Positions 17,959 to 27,636 are shown, counted from the stretch's first letter. The stretch is 30,902 nt of DNA from Gemmatimonadota bacterium (GCA_038153405.1 JAYOYH010000051.1:1-30902); one strand, 5' to 3'. Translations and numbers: made by a program. The notes: a model not told the origin generated them from the sequence alone.

Positions 17959-19662
17959 CTAAATGCGGCGGAAGGTCGCCAGCACGTCGTTTTGGCTGAG
18001 AATGCCCAACAGGTGGCCGTGGTCCACTTCGTCGAGCACCGGCAGATAACTGGCGTCGGGGTGCTGGCGAAACATTTCGAGCACTTCAAAGAGCGTCTGC
18101 TGTGGAAAGGCGACCAGTTTGAGCGGGCGCACTAGGTCGGCAGCAATAACTAGGTTGGACAGTTGGGGGTCGACGAGAATATCGCGGACGTCTTCGTAAG
18201 CGATGACGCCTTCAAAGCGCCCCTCTTCATCGACAACGGGAAAGCGATCGTAGCGACTGTGAGCGATAAGGCGCAGCAATTCGTTGAAGTGCGTCGTGGT
18301 GTGAACGGTATCAACGCTCTTGCGCATAACGTGCTCGACGAGGATATCGCCAGCGTGGTCTAGTTGGTGCCCCTGCGGCACGCCTAGCGATTGGCGGAAA
18401 TGGGTGACGACGTGGTGCAGACTCTCAAAGGCGCCGGTTGGTGCTCGGCGCGCCAGCAGAGTAAGCACGGGCACCTCGCCGGCCTGGACCAAGCCAAAGC
18501 GCACGGCAACCGGTCCGCCGAGCTCAAAGATGACGACGGCACCCAAAACTACTGTTTGCAGCATTTGTCCCGGTCCCGGCCAGACTTCGGCCAGCGCCGA
18601 GGACAGGCCAATAGCCACGCCGGCTTGGGCCAGCATGGTGGGGCCGGTCCACCGCTCATGACGGTCGCTGAATTGGCCCCAGCGCGCACCGAAACGGCAG
18701 CCGAGCAGTTTACCCGCCGTGCGCATCAGCACGTAAGCTGCGCCCACCAAACCTATGTCGGCTAGCATTTCGATGTGCAAGTTGGCACCCGCCAGAGCGA
18801 AGAACAGCACGTAAAGGGGATAGTCTAGTTGGCGGATGGCCGCCAGCAGATCGCCGTCTCGGGTCGAGGCATTCGCCAGCACGGCGCCGCAGGTAAAGGT
18901 GCCGAGCATGGCATCGACCTGCATCAGGTCGCACAGGGCAGTCACGCCAATGGCGCCGCCGAGAATGAGCAGCTGCTGCTCGCTGGTCGTGCGCAGGCGC
19001 TCGGCCCAAATGCTCATAAAGAAACCGCTCAGTGCGCCTATTGCCGGCGGCAACAGCAGGCTGTAGGCCAGCGAACCCATACCGTTTTCCGGAGTGAGGA
19101 AAGCGAAGACGGCTGCGTTGAACAGCAGCACGCAGATCAGGTTGTCCAGGCCGATGAGCGTGCGCACGACGTCCGTCACGGGGCCGGCTGATTCGTATTC
19201 GCGTATGACGAGCAGCGTTGCCGCTGGTGCGGTGGCCATGGCAATGATACCCAGAAATAGGCCTGCGCGCAGCGGATCGATCTGCGTCAGGTCGCCGAAG
19301 AAGAAATGCAGGGCGGCGGTAGAGGCAAAAACTAGGGTGAAGGTCGCGCTGAGTTCGCAGAGCGAAAGAACGGCGATGCGGTGGTGCCAGCGCCGCAGCT
19401 GCTCGCCCTGAAAGTGCATGCCGATAGCCAGCATGATGAGCGTCAGGGCGATGTGCGAGACGGGCTCCAGGCGCTCGAGATCAGCGTGGTCGAGCAGCGA
19501 TGGATAGCTGAGCAGGTGTGATAGCGAGGGGCCGGCAAACAAGCCTATCAGCAGATAGCCGGTGACGCGCGGCAAGTGCCATTGAAATACTTGGCGACCG
19601 GCCAGCAGCGCCAGCCAGAATAGAATGGCGGCTGCGGCAAAAGTATACACGGAAGCATCCAC
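17959..19662 (-). CDS. Cation:proton antiporter (CPA family) fused to C-terminal CBS pair
   Basis: LPRVTGYL, ATAPAAT, GLDN, FFALAGA, QAGVAIGL; CBS motifs RFPVVDEEGRFEGVI and LPVLD..LLGILSQNDVL. Confidence 0.88.
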   Translation of the reverse strand: MDASVYTFAAAAILFWLALLAGRQVFQWHLPRVTGYLLIGLFAGPSLSHLLSYPSLLDHADLERLEPVSHIALTLIMLAIGMHFQGEQLRRWHHRIAVLSLCELSATFTLVFASTAALHFFFGDLTQIDPLRAGLFLGIIAMATAPAATLLVIREYESAGPVTDVVRTLIGLDNLICVLLFNAAVFAFLTPENGMGSLAYSLLLPPAIGALSGFFMSIWAERLRTTSEQQLLILGGAIGVTALCDLMQVDAMLGTFTCGAVLANASTRDGDLLAAIRQLDYPLYVLFFALAGANLHIEMLADIGLVGAAYVLMRTAGKLLGCRFGARWGQFSDRHERWTGPTMLAQAGVAIGLSSALAEVWPGPGQMLQTVVLGAVVIFELGGPVAVRFGLVQAGEVPVLTLLARRAPTGAFESLHHVVTHFRQSLGVPQGHQLDHAGDILVEHVMRKSVDTVHTTTHFNELLRLIAHSRYDRFPVVDEEGRFEGVIAYEDVRDILVDPQLSNLVIAADLVRPLKLVAFPQQTLFEVLEMFRQHPDASYLPVLDEVDHGHLLGILSQNDVLATFRRI

Positions 19663-19675
19663 GCGTGTGCGCTCG

Positions 19676-20452
19676 TCAATCCATCGGGTAGAGGCTACAG
19701 CCTCCGTCCACGACTAGCGTCGTGCCCGTGGCATAGGCAGCCATATCTGAGCAGAGATAGAGGAAGGCATTTGCAACGGTCTCGGGGGGCTGCATATAGC
19801 CGAGGGGAATGGCTTTCTGTGCGCGCGCTTTGTAGGATGGGTCGGTGTCCCACTGGCGCTTAGCTAGACCCACGGCGACGATGCCGGGCGCTACGGCATT
19901 GGCGCGGATTCCGTGCGTGACCAACTCGCGCGCATAGCCGCGCATCATCGCCTTGACGCCGGCTTTGCTGGTGGTGTAGGGCGTAATTTCCGGCCAGGGC
20001 ACATCCTGCACCCACGAAGTCGTAAAGATGAGGTGTCCGCCGTGCCGTGCGTCAATCCAGCGTCTGCTGGCCTCTTGGGCAAGGACGAAGGATGCGCGCA
20101 GGTTGACGTCGATAAGCTGGTCGAATTGCGCTAGGGGGTACTGATCTACCGGGTGGGCGTCGACCATGCCGGCGTGGCAGCATACCACGTCGGGCAGATC
20201 CCACAGTGCGGCGAGCGCATCGAGGGCGTGAGCTACCTCTGTCGGGTCGGAGGCGTTGGCGCGAAAATAGGCGGCGCGCTGACCGGTGGGATCGATCTCG
20301 GCCAGCACCGGCTGTGCCTCCGCTTCGCCGATGACGTCGTTGATGGCTACGCGCGCATTATGCGCTACCAACTGGCGCGCGATGACGCGGCCGATGGCGC
20401 CGCCGCCGCCGCTGATAAAGACGATGCGATCCTGCAGGTCGAGCAGATCCAT
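19676..20452 (-). CDS. SDR family oxidoreductase
   Basis: SGGGGAIG, YTTSK (YxxxK), RANAVAPG, VDGG. Confidence 0.92.
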   Translation of the reverse strand: MDLLDLQDRIVFISGGGGAIGRVIARQLVAHNARVAINDVIGEAEAQPVLAEIDPTGQRAAYFRANASDPTEVAHALDALAALWDLPDVVCCHAGMVDAHPVDQYPLAQFDQLIDVNLRASFVLAQEASRRWIDARHGGHLIFTTSWVQDVPWPEITPYTTSKAGVKAMMRGYARELVTHGIRANAVAPGIVAVGLAKRQWDTDPSYKARAQKAIPLGYMQPPETVANAFLYLCSDMAAYATGTTLVVDGGCSLYPMD

Positions 20453-20497
20453 TATCGGCTACTTCCCAATGAGGCAAAGGCTATTTGCGTGGCGCCT

Positions 20498-20526
20498 TAG
20501 ATAGGGACAAAGATTCGATTTGTCAA
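20498..20526 (-). promoter_or_regulatory. Putative sigma70 promoter with overlapping inverted repeat upstream of SDR
   Basis: Minus strand TTGACA-N17-TATCTA; GACAAA-N7-TTTGTC inverted repeat at 20506-20524. Confidence 0.5.
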
Positions 20527-20538
20527 TTGAGGTAAGCC

Positions 20539-21444
20539 CTAGCGCAGTCCGAGCCAGTGCAGCACGGCCAGTAGGCTGATCGGACTCCACAGCGTCGAGC
20601 CGATGAGAATGCCGCCCAAGAGGTCGGGGCGTGCATCAAAGCGCGTCGTTAGCACCAGCGCGTTGATGGCTGTGGGCAGACAGGAGCAGATGAGTAGGAC
20701 CTCGCGCACCGCGCCCTGTGCCCCGATGGCCCAGGTAAGGGCGATTCCCATAAGTGGGCCGAGGACGATTTTGGCAGCGATAGCGCCGCCTAATACCGCA
20801 GTTTGTCCGCGGTCAACTCGTATGCGACCGACCTGCACGCCGAGCAGCACTATGGCGAGGATGGGACCGGCCTTGCCGATTAGATCGGCTGTGTTCAGAA
20901 CGGATTCCGCAATGGCAATGCCCTGAGCATTAAGGGCAATAGCCAGCACAGCCGTATAAATGAGCGGTAATTTAAATATGCTCGTGAGGGCCTGCAGCGG
21001 CCGTTGGCGGCCGCCGGCGGCGATGTATACGCCGAGCGAAGAGGCGAAAACGTTGCCGTAGACAAAGAGGAGCATGGCGATGGCCAGCGCTTCGTCGCCT
21101 AGCGCAAAGAGCACGACGGGTACGCCGTAAGACGCTACGTTGACCGTGGGCAGGGAGAGCGTGACGGCGCTGCGCGTCGCTTTATCCCAAGACAGTGCGC
21201 GCGCCAGCAGCCAGATGATCGGTATGCTGCACGCGTACATGCCCCCCTGCCAAGCCAGCACTTGAACGGCGGCTATGCCGGTAATGGGATGGCGCACTAG
21301 GGCGGAAAAGAGCAGAAACGGCAGGCATATGTAGATGGCGACATCGGCCAGGGACTCGGCGTCAACGCGCCGTCGACGCCCGAGGGCGTATCCGCAGCCG
21401 ATCAGCGTGAAGAGTGGGGCGATGACGTCTAGCAGGAATACCAT
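20539..21444 (-). CDS. AEC (auxin efflux carrier) family transporter
   Basis: About 10 TM helices; NVASYGVP, KLPLIY, LPTAIN; ATG overlaps upstream TGA (TGATG). Confidence 0.88.
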   Translation of the reverse strand: MVFLLDVIAPLFTLIGCGYALGRRRRVDAESLADVAIYICLPFLLFSALVRHPITGIAAVQVLAWQGGMYACSIPIIWLLARALSWDKATRSAVTLSLPTVNVASYGVPVVLFALGDEALAIAMLLFVYGNVFASSLGVYIAAGGRQRPLQALTSIFKLPLIYTAVLAIALNAQGIAIAESVLNTADLIGKAGPILAIVLLGVQVGRIRVDRGQTAVLGGAIAAKIVLGPLMGIALTWAIGAQGAVREVLLICSCLPTAINALVLTTRFDARPDLLGGILIGSTLWSPISLLAVLHWLGLR

Positions 21445-22094
21445 CAGGGCAGTAGGTCGTCCATGGCACCTTCGATAGCGATGGCGCGCACGGGCGTGCC
21501 GTCGCCCCCTTCTACTTTCAGCGGCAGCGCGGTAAAGAACACGCGCTCCGATCGTATGGCATTGAGATTGGTTAGCCCTTCGATAATGACAATGCCGGCT
21601 CCGAGCAGCGTCTGGTGCACCGCAGTGATTTCCTCCATATCGTCGATAGCGGCGACTGAAGGAGGCTCGACGCCGATCAGTGCAATGAGGCGCTCGGCAA
21701 AGAACTGCGCCAACTCGAGGCTGATGCGCGGCAGTTGGTCGCGATAGGCCGGTTCATTGACGCGCGCGCTCCACCCCGAGCGCAGCAGCACGCGATCGCC
21801 CGGTTCAATGCGCTGGGCAACATCGCCGAGGTGTGCCAATGTGATGAGCTCGCGCGGCTGCAGGTGGCCGACGTCTATCACCCACGCGGGGCCCACGCAC
21901 TTGGACAAGTCTAGGTGGTCAATGGTAAGGCCCCGCTCAAAGAAGTGGCGCGGCGCGTCCATGTGGGTAGTGGCGTGCGAATAGAGGTGCAGCGTGCGCG
22001 CATTCCAGCCGTCGTCGGCAATGGTATTGGCCGTGTCCCAGGCGATACCGCGCATATGCGGCCGCATGGTGAGCGATAGGTCGATGAGGTTCAA
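21444..22094 (-). CDS. Cyclase family metal-dependent hydrolase (kynurenine formamidase-like)
   Basis: Start re-assigned to TTG 22094 (AAGGA RBS); IDLS, HATTHMDAPRH, IIEGLTNL, LPLKVEGGDGTPVRAIA. Confidence 0.88.
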   Translation of the reverse strand: MNLIDLSLTMRPHMRGIAWDTANTIADDGWNARTLHLYSHATTHMDAPRHFFERGLTIDHLDLSKCVGPAWVIDVGHLQPRELITLAHLGDVAQRIEPGDRVLLRSGWSARVNEPAYRDQLPRISLELAQFFAERLIALIGVEPPSVAAIDDMEEITAVHQTLLGAGIVIIEGLTNLNAIRSERVFFTALPLKVEGGDGTPVRAIAIEGAMDDLLP

Positions 22095-22255
22095 GGTTTT
22101 CCTTTCGGACGTTGATAGCGGCCGAAAGTATAGGCTACATGCGCCGCGCGGAAAAGTGGGCGAGTCTGATTCTATCGACATGGAGCGGTTGGTTGTGCCG
22201 CAGTTTCACCCGCTGCGCCGGTGCCTTTTCGGGGCCCTTTAGCGCCCTACTCCCG

Positions 22256-24037
22256 CTATTTTTTCCCCTTGCGATGTCGGCTCTTTTTATCCGCTTTTTT
22301 CGACTGACCGCCGTTTGTTCCTTTGATCTTGCGCGGAGCCTTCTCGCCGTTGAGTCGAGCGATCTGAAGCTGCTGACCGCAGACCCACACCTTTTTTAGT
22401 ACGCGGTAGAAGTCGCGCGGCATGCCTGCTGGCAAGTCGACGGTACTATAGCTGTCGTGTATATCGATGCGGCCGATATGCTGGCTATCGAGTTGGACTT
22501 CGTTGGCAATCGCACCAACGAGGTTGCCCGGTTTGAGTCCATGCGCGTGCCCAACCGCAACGCGAAATCGCTCCAGGCCCTCGGCAGGTGGTGGAACGGC
22601 CTTGCTCTGTGGGAAAGCGCCGGTCATCCTCTCGTGGTCTCCGCTATGCGCTGCGGGGGACTCGGAGACCACACTGGCAGCGGGCGGTGCCGCATCGCGC
22701 TTGCGTTCGAGATTGCCCGCAAGCAGCAGGGGGTCATCGCCCTGCGCTATCTTGGCCAGAGCCGATGCGATATCGAGCATAGCGACGTTGTGCTCCTGCC
22801 GGTACTGCTCTAAGATCATGCGAAAAATGCCGAGGTCTTCAGAGGCTAAAACATCGGTTATGCCCTGTTTGAAATGGGCGATGCGCTGGTCGTTGATCAT
22901 CTCCGTCGAAGGCAGCTCTAATAGCGGAATTTTATGCTGCGTGGCGCGCTCAATGGCGTAGAGCAACCGCCTCTCGCGCGGTGCGACAAAGAGCACGGCC
23001 TCGCCGCTGCGCCCGGCGCGCCCAGTGCGCCCGATGCGGTGAATGTAGGCTTCGACGTCGGATGGGATGTCAAAATTGATCACGTGGCTGATGCGGTCTA
23101 TATCTAGGCCGCGGGCGGCTACGTCTGTGGCTACCAAGATATCCAATTGACTCTTTTTGAGCAGTGCGACAGTTCTCTCGCGCTGACGCTGTGCCATATC
23201 GCCGCTCAGTGCCGCGCTGGCGTAGCCGCGCGCCTCCAGTTTTTCGGCCAGTTCGGTGGTCATGGTGCGCGTGCGGACAAAGACGAGCACGCCGTCAAAC
23301 GGCTCCGCTTCGAGAATGCGCGTCAAGGCATCGATCTTGTGATCTTTGCCGCTGACCATCCAGTGGCGCTGGCGAATGGTATCAGCGGCGGCCGTGCGCT
23401 CCTTTATGGCAATGTACTCGGGATTGCGCAGATGGCGTTCGGCGATGCGGCGGATGGGAGTGGGCATAGTCGCCGAAAAGAGCGCCGTTTGCCGCTGGGC
23501 CGGCGTCTGCTGCAAAATCCACTCTACGTCTTCGATAAAACCCATTCTCAGCATCTCGTCGGCTTCGTCGAGCACCAGACAGCGCAGTCCGTCGAGCCGC
23601 AGCGTTTTGCGCCGCATATGGTCCATTACGCGTCCAGGCGTGCCGACCACTACGTGCACGCCGCGCTTGAGGGCGCGCAGTTGGCCGTCGTAGGACTGGC
23701 CACCGTAGATGGGCAAGACGTGAAAGTCCTTTACATAGGTCGCATAGCGCTGGAATGCTTCGGCGACCTGTATGGCCAGTTCGCGCGTTGGCGTCAGCAC
23801 GAGGACCTGCACGCTGCGCGATGCAATGTCGATATGGGTGAGTAGGGGTAGGGCAAAGGCGGCGGTTTTGCCGGTGCCGGTCTGCGCTTGCCCGAGCACG
23901 TCGCGGCGTTCGAGCATGAGGGGAATGGTTTGCGCTTGGATCGGCGTTGGAATTTCGTAGCCGACATCGGCCAGCGCTTTGAGAACGGGTTTGGACAGCG
24001 ACAGGTCCTGAAAGGTAGTAGCGCTTTGGGAAGACAT
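22256..24037 (-). CDS. deaD: DEAD-box RNA helicase DeaD/CsdA with C-terminal DbpA-type RNA-binding domain
   Basis: AQTGTGKT, PTRELA, TPGR, DEAD, SAT, HRIGRTGRAG; KPGNLVGAIANE; start re-assigned to MSSQSATTF. Confidence 0.93.
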   Translation of the reverse strand: MSSQSATTFQDLSLSKPVLKALADVGYEIPTPIQAQTIPLMLERRDVLGQAQTGTGKTAAFALPLLTHIDIASRSVQVLVLTPTRELAIQVAEAFQRYATYVKDFHVLPIYGGQSYDGQLRALKRGVHVVVGTPGRVMDHMRRKTLRLDGLRCLVLDEADEMLRMGFIEDVEWILQQTPAQRQTALFSATMPTPIRRIAERHLRNPEYIAIKERTAAADTIRQRHWMVSGKDHKIDALTRILEAEPFDGVLVFVRTRTMTTELAEKLEARGYASAALSGDMAQRQRERTVALLKKSQLDILVATDVAARGLDIDRISHVINFDIPSDVEAYIHRIGRTGRAGRSGEAVLFVAPRERRLLYAIERATQHKIPLLELPSTEMINDQRIAHFKQGITDVLASEDLGIFRMILEQYRQEHNVAMLDIASALAKIAQGDDPLLLAGNLERKRDAAPPAASVVSESPAAHSGDHERMTGAFPQSKAVPPPAEGLERFRVAVGHAHGLKPGNLVGAIANEVQLDSQHIGRIDIHDSYSTVDLPAGMPRDFYRVLKKVWVCGQQLQIARLNGEKAPRKIKGTNGGQSKKADKKSRHRKGKK

Positions 24038-24129
24038 GCTGTGTTTTTCTTTCTGTGGAAGACCAGAACGGAGAGGGGGCCGCGCGCTTGATGCGTGCGC
24101 AGCCCCTGTCGTGACGGCTACATATAATA

Positions 24130-24210
24130 TAGACTCAGGGTCGCCGTTTCCCAATGGGGCGTCCTTGACCGGCTCGGACGAGGAGAACATATTGCCCCGA
24201 CTGCAGTCTA
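24130..24210 (-). promoter_or_regulatory. Candidate structured cis-regulatory RNA in deaD leader
   Basis: Closing helix TAGACT/AGTCTA with inner GTC/GAC, GCCG/CGGC, GTCC/GGAC pairings, ending ~90 nt before the deaD start. Confidence 0.45.
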
Positions 24211-24437
24211 ATTGCCCACAGCGTGATGGAGGGTGTGCGATGAGTGAATCGCCCCCAGAGAAGCCCTTTAGCGACAGGGCGCGCCAGCGACAATCAACGG
24301 GCTATGATCGCAGTGCGGGGCCGTTTTGATCAACGCAGTGCACTAGCGCGTGCAGTGCGAACGAGCGCTCGCGCCGACGATGGCGCAGTGTGCGCGGCTC
24401 TCGTTCCGATATGCACATAGAGTGAGGGATCGATCTT

Positions 24438-25448
24438 TTGACCTTAGCCATAGAGCAGACTAGAGAATCCGATTGGGCTGTGCCCATTGTCGGAAAGCCG
24501 ATCGTTGCCGACGGTAGGCATAATGCCTTTGCCGCCGTTGTCGAATGGCAGGGCCGCTATTGGCTGGCGCATCGACGCGGCAGTGGCCATATCGCACGCG
24601 ATGGCGTTCTCGTCGTTCTCGTTTCAACGGATATGTTCGCGTGGGAGGAGGTCGCTCTTTTTGATACGGGGGCTGACGATCGCGATGCGCAGTGGGTCGT
24701 TTTCGACGGCAGGCTGTGGCTCTACTTCAACAGCCTAAAGGACGGTCTCTTCGCGATCCACGCTAGTTGCACGGAAGACGGCGCGGAATGGAGCCGGCCG
24801 CAGCGGGTCTACCAAGACGGCTTTATCCTGTGGAAACCCGTCGAGTACGGGGGGCGGCTCTACGCGGGTGCGCATCGTCCGGGCACCGACGCGGAGCGCT
24901 GCGCGGAACTCGTCTGTTCCGACGACGGAATGCATTGGGAAACGATAAGTACTATCCGCGCCGGCCGCGGCGAGAGCGAGACGGCCTTGCTCTTTTCGCC
25001 CGAAGGCCACCTGACCGCCTTCTTGCGCGACCAAATGCACATCGGAGGCGCCATTCTGGAAGCGGAGTACCCGTATGCGCAGTGGCAGGAGAGAGCGGCC
25101 GGCGTTCATCTGTCGGGACACGCCGTCTATGTATTTGCAGGCGTCACCTATGTATTCTCGCGCGTATTTGCCTGCGATCCTCAGCTCGACGCATCGGCCC
25201 CGCGCGCCGCTTTGCCCCAAGCAGTGCACCAGGGCACGATCGCCTACACCTACGAAAACCGCGCACTCGTGCCCTATCGCTTGCTGGGTCCGCTGCAGGG
25301 AAACCACGATTCGTCGTATGCCACGGCTATTGTGCGCGATGGCGCCATGTGGACAATCTTTCATCGCGCGCGCCACGAATACGCCGGCCCTTTTCGCCTA
25401 AACGATGCCGCCGATCTGCTGCTGGCTAAAGTAGCGCTCAAGCACTGA
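24438..25448 (+). CDS. BNR/Asp-box (sialidase-like) beta-propeller protein; start may be GTG 24480
   Basis: HNAF, DDRD, TEDGAEWS, SDDGMHW, ESETALLF, HDSSY; paralogous to 16499-17485. Confidence 0.78.
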   Translation: MTLAIEQTRESDWAVPIVGKPIVADGRHNAFAAVVEWQGRYWLAHRRGSGHIARDGVLVVLVSTDMFAWEEVALFDTGADDRDAQWVVFDGRLWLYFNSLKDGLFAIHASCTEDGAEWSRPQRVYQDGFILWKPVEYGGRLYAGAHRPGTDAERCAELVCSDDGMHWETISTIRAGRGESETALLFSPEGHLTAFLRDQMHIGGAILEAEYPYAQWQERAAGVHLSGHAVYVFAGVTYVFSRVFACDPQLDASAPRAALPQAVHQGTIAYTYENRALVPYRLLGPLQGNHDSSYATAIVRDGAMWTIFHRARHEYAGPFRLNDAADLLLAKVALKH

Positions 25449-25608
25449 CGACAAATCGCACTATTCGAAATTCGATGGGCAATAGGACCGTGCAGCGGGG
25501 CCAACGGCGATAAGCCACTGGGTGGCCATGGCGGACAGCAGGGCTAGCGGATGCGCCGTGCAAGAGCGCTTGGCATGCACCGGAACCGAGCACTGTATTC
25601 CACCTCGC

Positions 25609-25976
25609 TTACGGGGCAGATTGACCGAAAAACGATGTAAAAAAGCGATGTGGATCGCCCGGGGGGGCAAGGAGCTGTGCTTGCCTTGGCGTCAGCGCGA
25701 AATCGGTCGGAGGCTGCACGCGTTCGTTGATCCAGACTAGATGCGAAACGCTGTATTTGTAGAGCAGCACCCGGCGCTGGTGCGATCCCCGCCAAGCGGT
25801 TGTGCCGTGGGTTTCGGAGCGCTGCCAAAGCGATTGCCCTGCGTCGGATCGGGTAGTCGCTGCTGGTCGAGCAGGGCGTTGAGGGAATATACCTCCTGAG
25901 AGGTGAGCGCGTTTTCGATCACCAAGTAGCCCTGGAGATCGAAAAGGTATTGTTGGAGTTCGAGGTCTGGATTCAT
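25609..25976 (-). pseudogene. PhyH-family dioxygenase remnant with internal deletion and frameshift
   Basis: N-terminus QYLFDLQGYLVIENAL...RFGSAP joins, in another frame near 25813, to C-terminus THGTTAWRGSHQRRVLLYKYS...LTPRQAQLLAPP; both match the intact paralog at 8557-9390. Confidence 0.8.
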
Positions 25977-26050
25977 AATCGCTTCTGCTGGCAGATACTG
26001 CGTTGGATGTCCGCCCGCGCTCTTGTCTATGGGTTCGAACCGAGCGGCGG

Positions 26051-27337
26051 TTAGCTCCTGTCATAGGGGCGCACCAGCCCCAGCGCTTGGCGGTTGAGCT
26101 CGAGTCCAAAACCCGGCGTATCGGGCAGGGTGATATAGCCGTTTTCCGGCAGCGGCTCGTTGGTGAACACGGCGCCGAAGTTGGGCTCGATCGAATCGCC
26201 CTGCTCGCTCATCATCATAAATTCGGCTAGGTTGATCGACTCAAAGGCCATGGCCATATAGTAGCCATAGACGCCGCAGCCGTGCGGCACCACGGCTACG
26301 CCCTGCGCATTGGCCTGTGCGACGACGCGCGAAAATTCCGTCGGCCCTCCCATCCACATGACGTCGGGCTGCAGTAGGCCGACGCCGGCTTCGATCAGCT
26401 GCTGATAGCCGTAGCGCGTGTACTCGTGCTCGCCGGTGGCAAAATACGCCGTCGTGCCCAGGCCTTCGAAGCGATCGGCCAGCTTGGCATGGGAAGCGTA
26501 GTCGTCGGGTATAAACGGTTCTTCGATCCACTTCAGATTAAACGGCATCAGCACGCGGGCCAGTTCGGCGGCGTATTGCAGGTCGAGCGCCATATAGCAA
26601 TCGAGCATGAGCGGAAAATCGGGGCCGACTTTTTCGCGCCAGTCGCCGATAAATTCCACGTTTTTGCGCATGCCCAGTGGCCCGTCGGCCGGGCCGTAGG
26701 GCAGGGGAATCTTTGCCCCAGGGAAACCGAGGTCCTTGGCCAGATCGGGCCGCGACGTGGTTGCATAAACCGGTATGCGCTGCTTGGTCCTGCCGCCCAT
26801 CAGGTTGTATACCGGCTCGCCGAGCATGCGACCGCACAAATCCCACAGGGCTAGGTCAATGGCGGATATGGCGTGCACGCCTAGGCCCTTTCTGCTGTAG
26901 TGAATGGAAGCGCGCCACATCTGTTCCCATATCACAGAGCGCTCTAGCGCACTGCGCCCTTCGACAAACATCGACAGGTGCTGCTCGATGATGTAGGCGG
27001 CCGCTTCGCCTCCCGTGCTCGCACCAATGCCCACGTGGCCGGCCTCGTCTTCGATCTCGACGATCACCGTCGGCACGCGCGCTACGCCCCAAGAGGCGCG
27101 CGAGCCTGCATACTGGGGATAGCGCGACATGGGGTTGGTAATGGGCGGGTGCGTCGTCACGTGATCCCATCCGCCGTCGGCGTCGGTCAAGCCGAGGATC
27201 CAGTGCGTGTCGGATGTATCGTGCACGTCGCTGGCGCCGTAGTCCTCGCTGCGCGATACGTAGGCGCGCACCTGGCGGATCTTTGGATGACGCGGGTTGG
27301 CAATTACATCTTCATTGGGTGCGATATACAGAGACAT
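26051..27337 (-). CDS. rhmD: L-rhamnonate dehydratase-like enolase-superfamily enzyme
   Basis: ITNPMSRYP, YSRKGL, KIPLPYGP, MLDCYM, WIEE, GEHEYT, QPDVMWMGG, VVPHG. Confidence 0.8.
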   Translation of the reverse strand: MSLYIAPNEDVIANPRHPKIRQVRAYVSRSEDYGASDVHDTSDTHWILGLTDADGGWDHVTTHPPITNPMSRYPQYAGSRASWGVARVPTVIVEIEDEAGHVGIGASTGGEAAAYIIEQHLSMFVEGRSALERSVIWEQMWRASIHYSRKGLGVHAISAIDLALWDLCGRMLGEPVYNLMGGRTKQRIPVYATTSRPDLAKDLGFPGAKIPLPYGPADGPLGMRKNVEFIGDWREKVGPDFPLMLDCYMALDLQYAAELARVLMPFNLKWIEEPFIPDDYASHAKLADRFEGLGTTAYFATGEHEYTRYGYQQLIEAGVGLLQPDVMWMGGPTEFSRVVAQANAQGVAVVPHGCGVYGYYMAMAFESINLAEFMMMSEQGDSIEPNFGAVFTNEPLPENGYITLPDTPGFGLELNRQALGLVRPYDRS

Positions 27338-27446
27338 GAGCGTTTTCCTCTTTTGGTCTCACAGGTGCTGACGGCGAGTCGCTTAGCCGTTGTTTTCCTC
27401 CGCGTCACCACGTCCTCGTTGCGCAGATGCTCACGGATGACCTGTT

Positions 27447-27476
27447 ATTAAATCGGATATATGATTTCTATTTAAT
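27447..27476. promoter_or_regulatory. AT-rich inverted repeats upstream of rhmD-like gene, candidate operator
   Basis: ATTAAAT...ATTTAAT and AAATC-GGATATAT-GATTT. Confidence 0.4.
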
Positions 27477-27636
27477 GCGATTACCGGCTAAGAAACAAGT
27501 ATATCGAAGTTGGGTCAACCGGAGTGAGGGGGACCGCGGGTGCCCCGGGTCTCGTCGCGGTTGCTGCAGGCCAATAGTCTAACGGACACGTGCTGTAAGG
27601 AGCGGTAATGAAAAGTACTCACAGCCCGTAATGGGG

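Noticed and set aside
24038..24190. 51-aa N-terminal extension of DeaD
   Set aside because: Helicase Q-motif region begins right after Met at 24037; extension overlaps the structured leader
24240..24329. Small ORF MSESPPEKPF… with GGAGG RBS
   Set aside because: 29 aa with no recognisable features; cannot be supported without conservation or ribosome data
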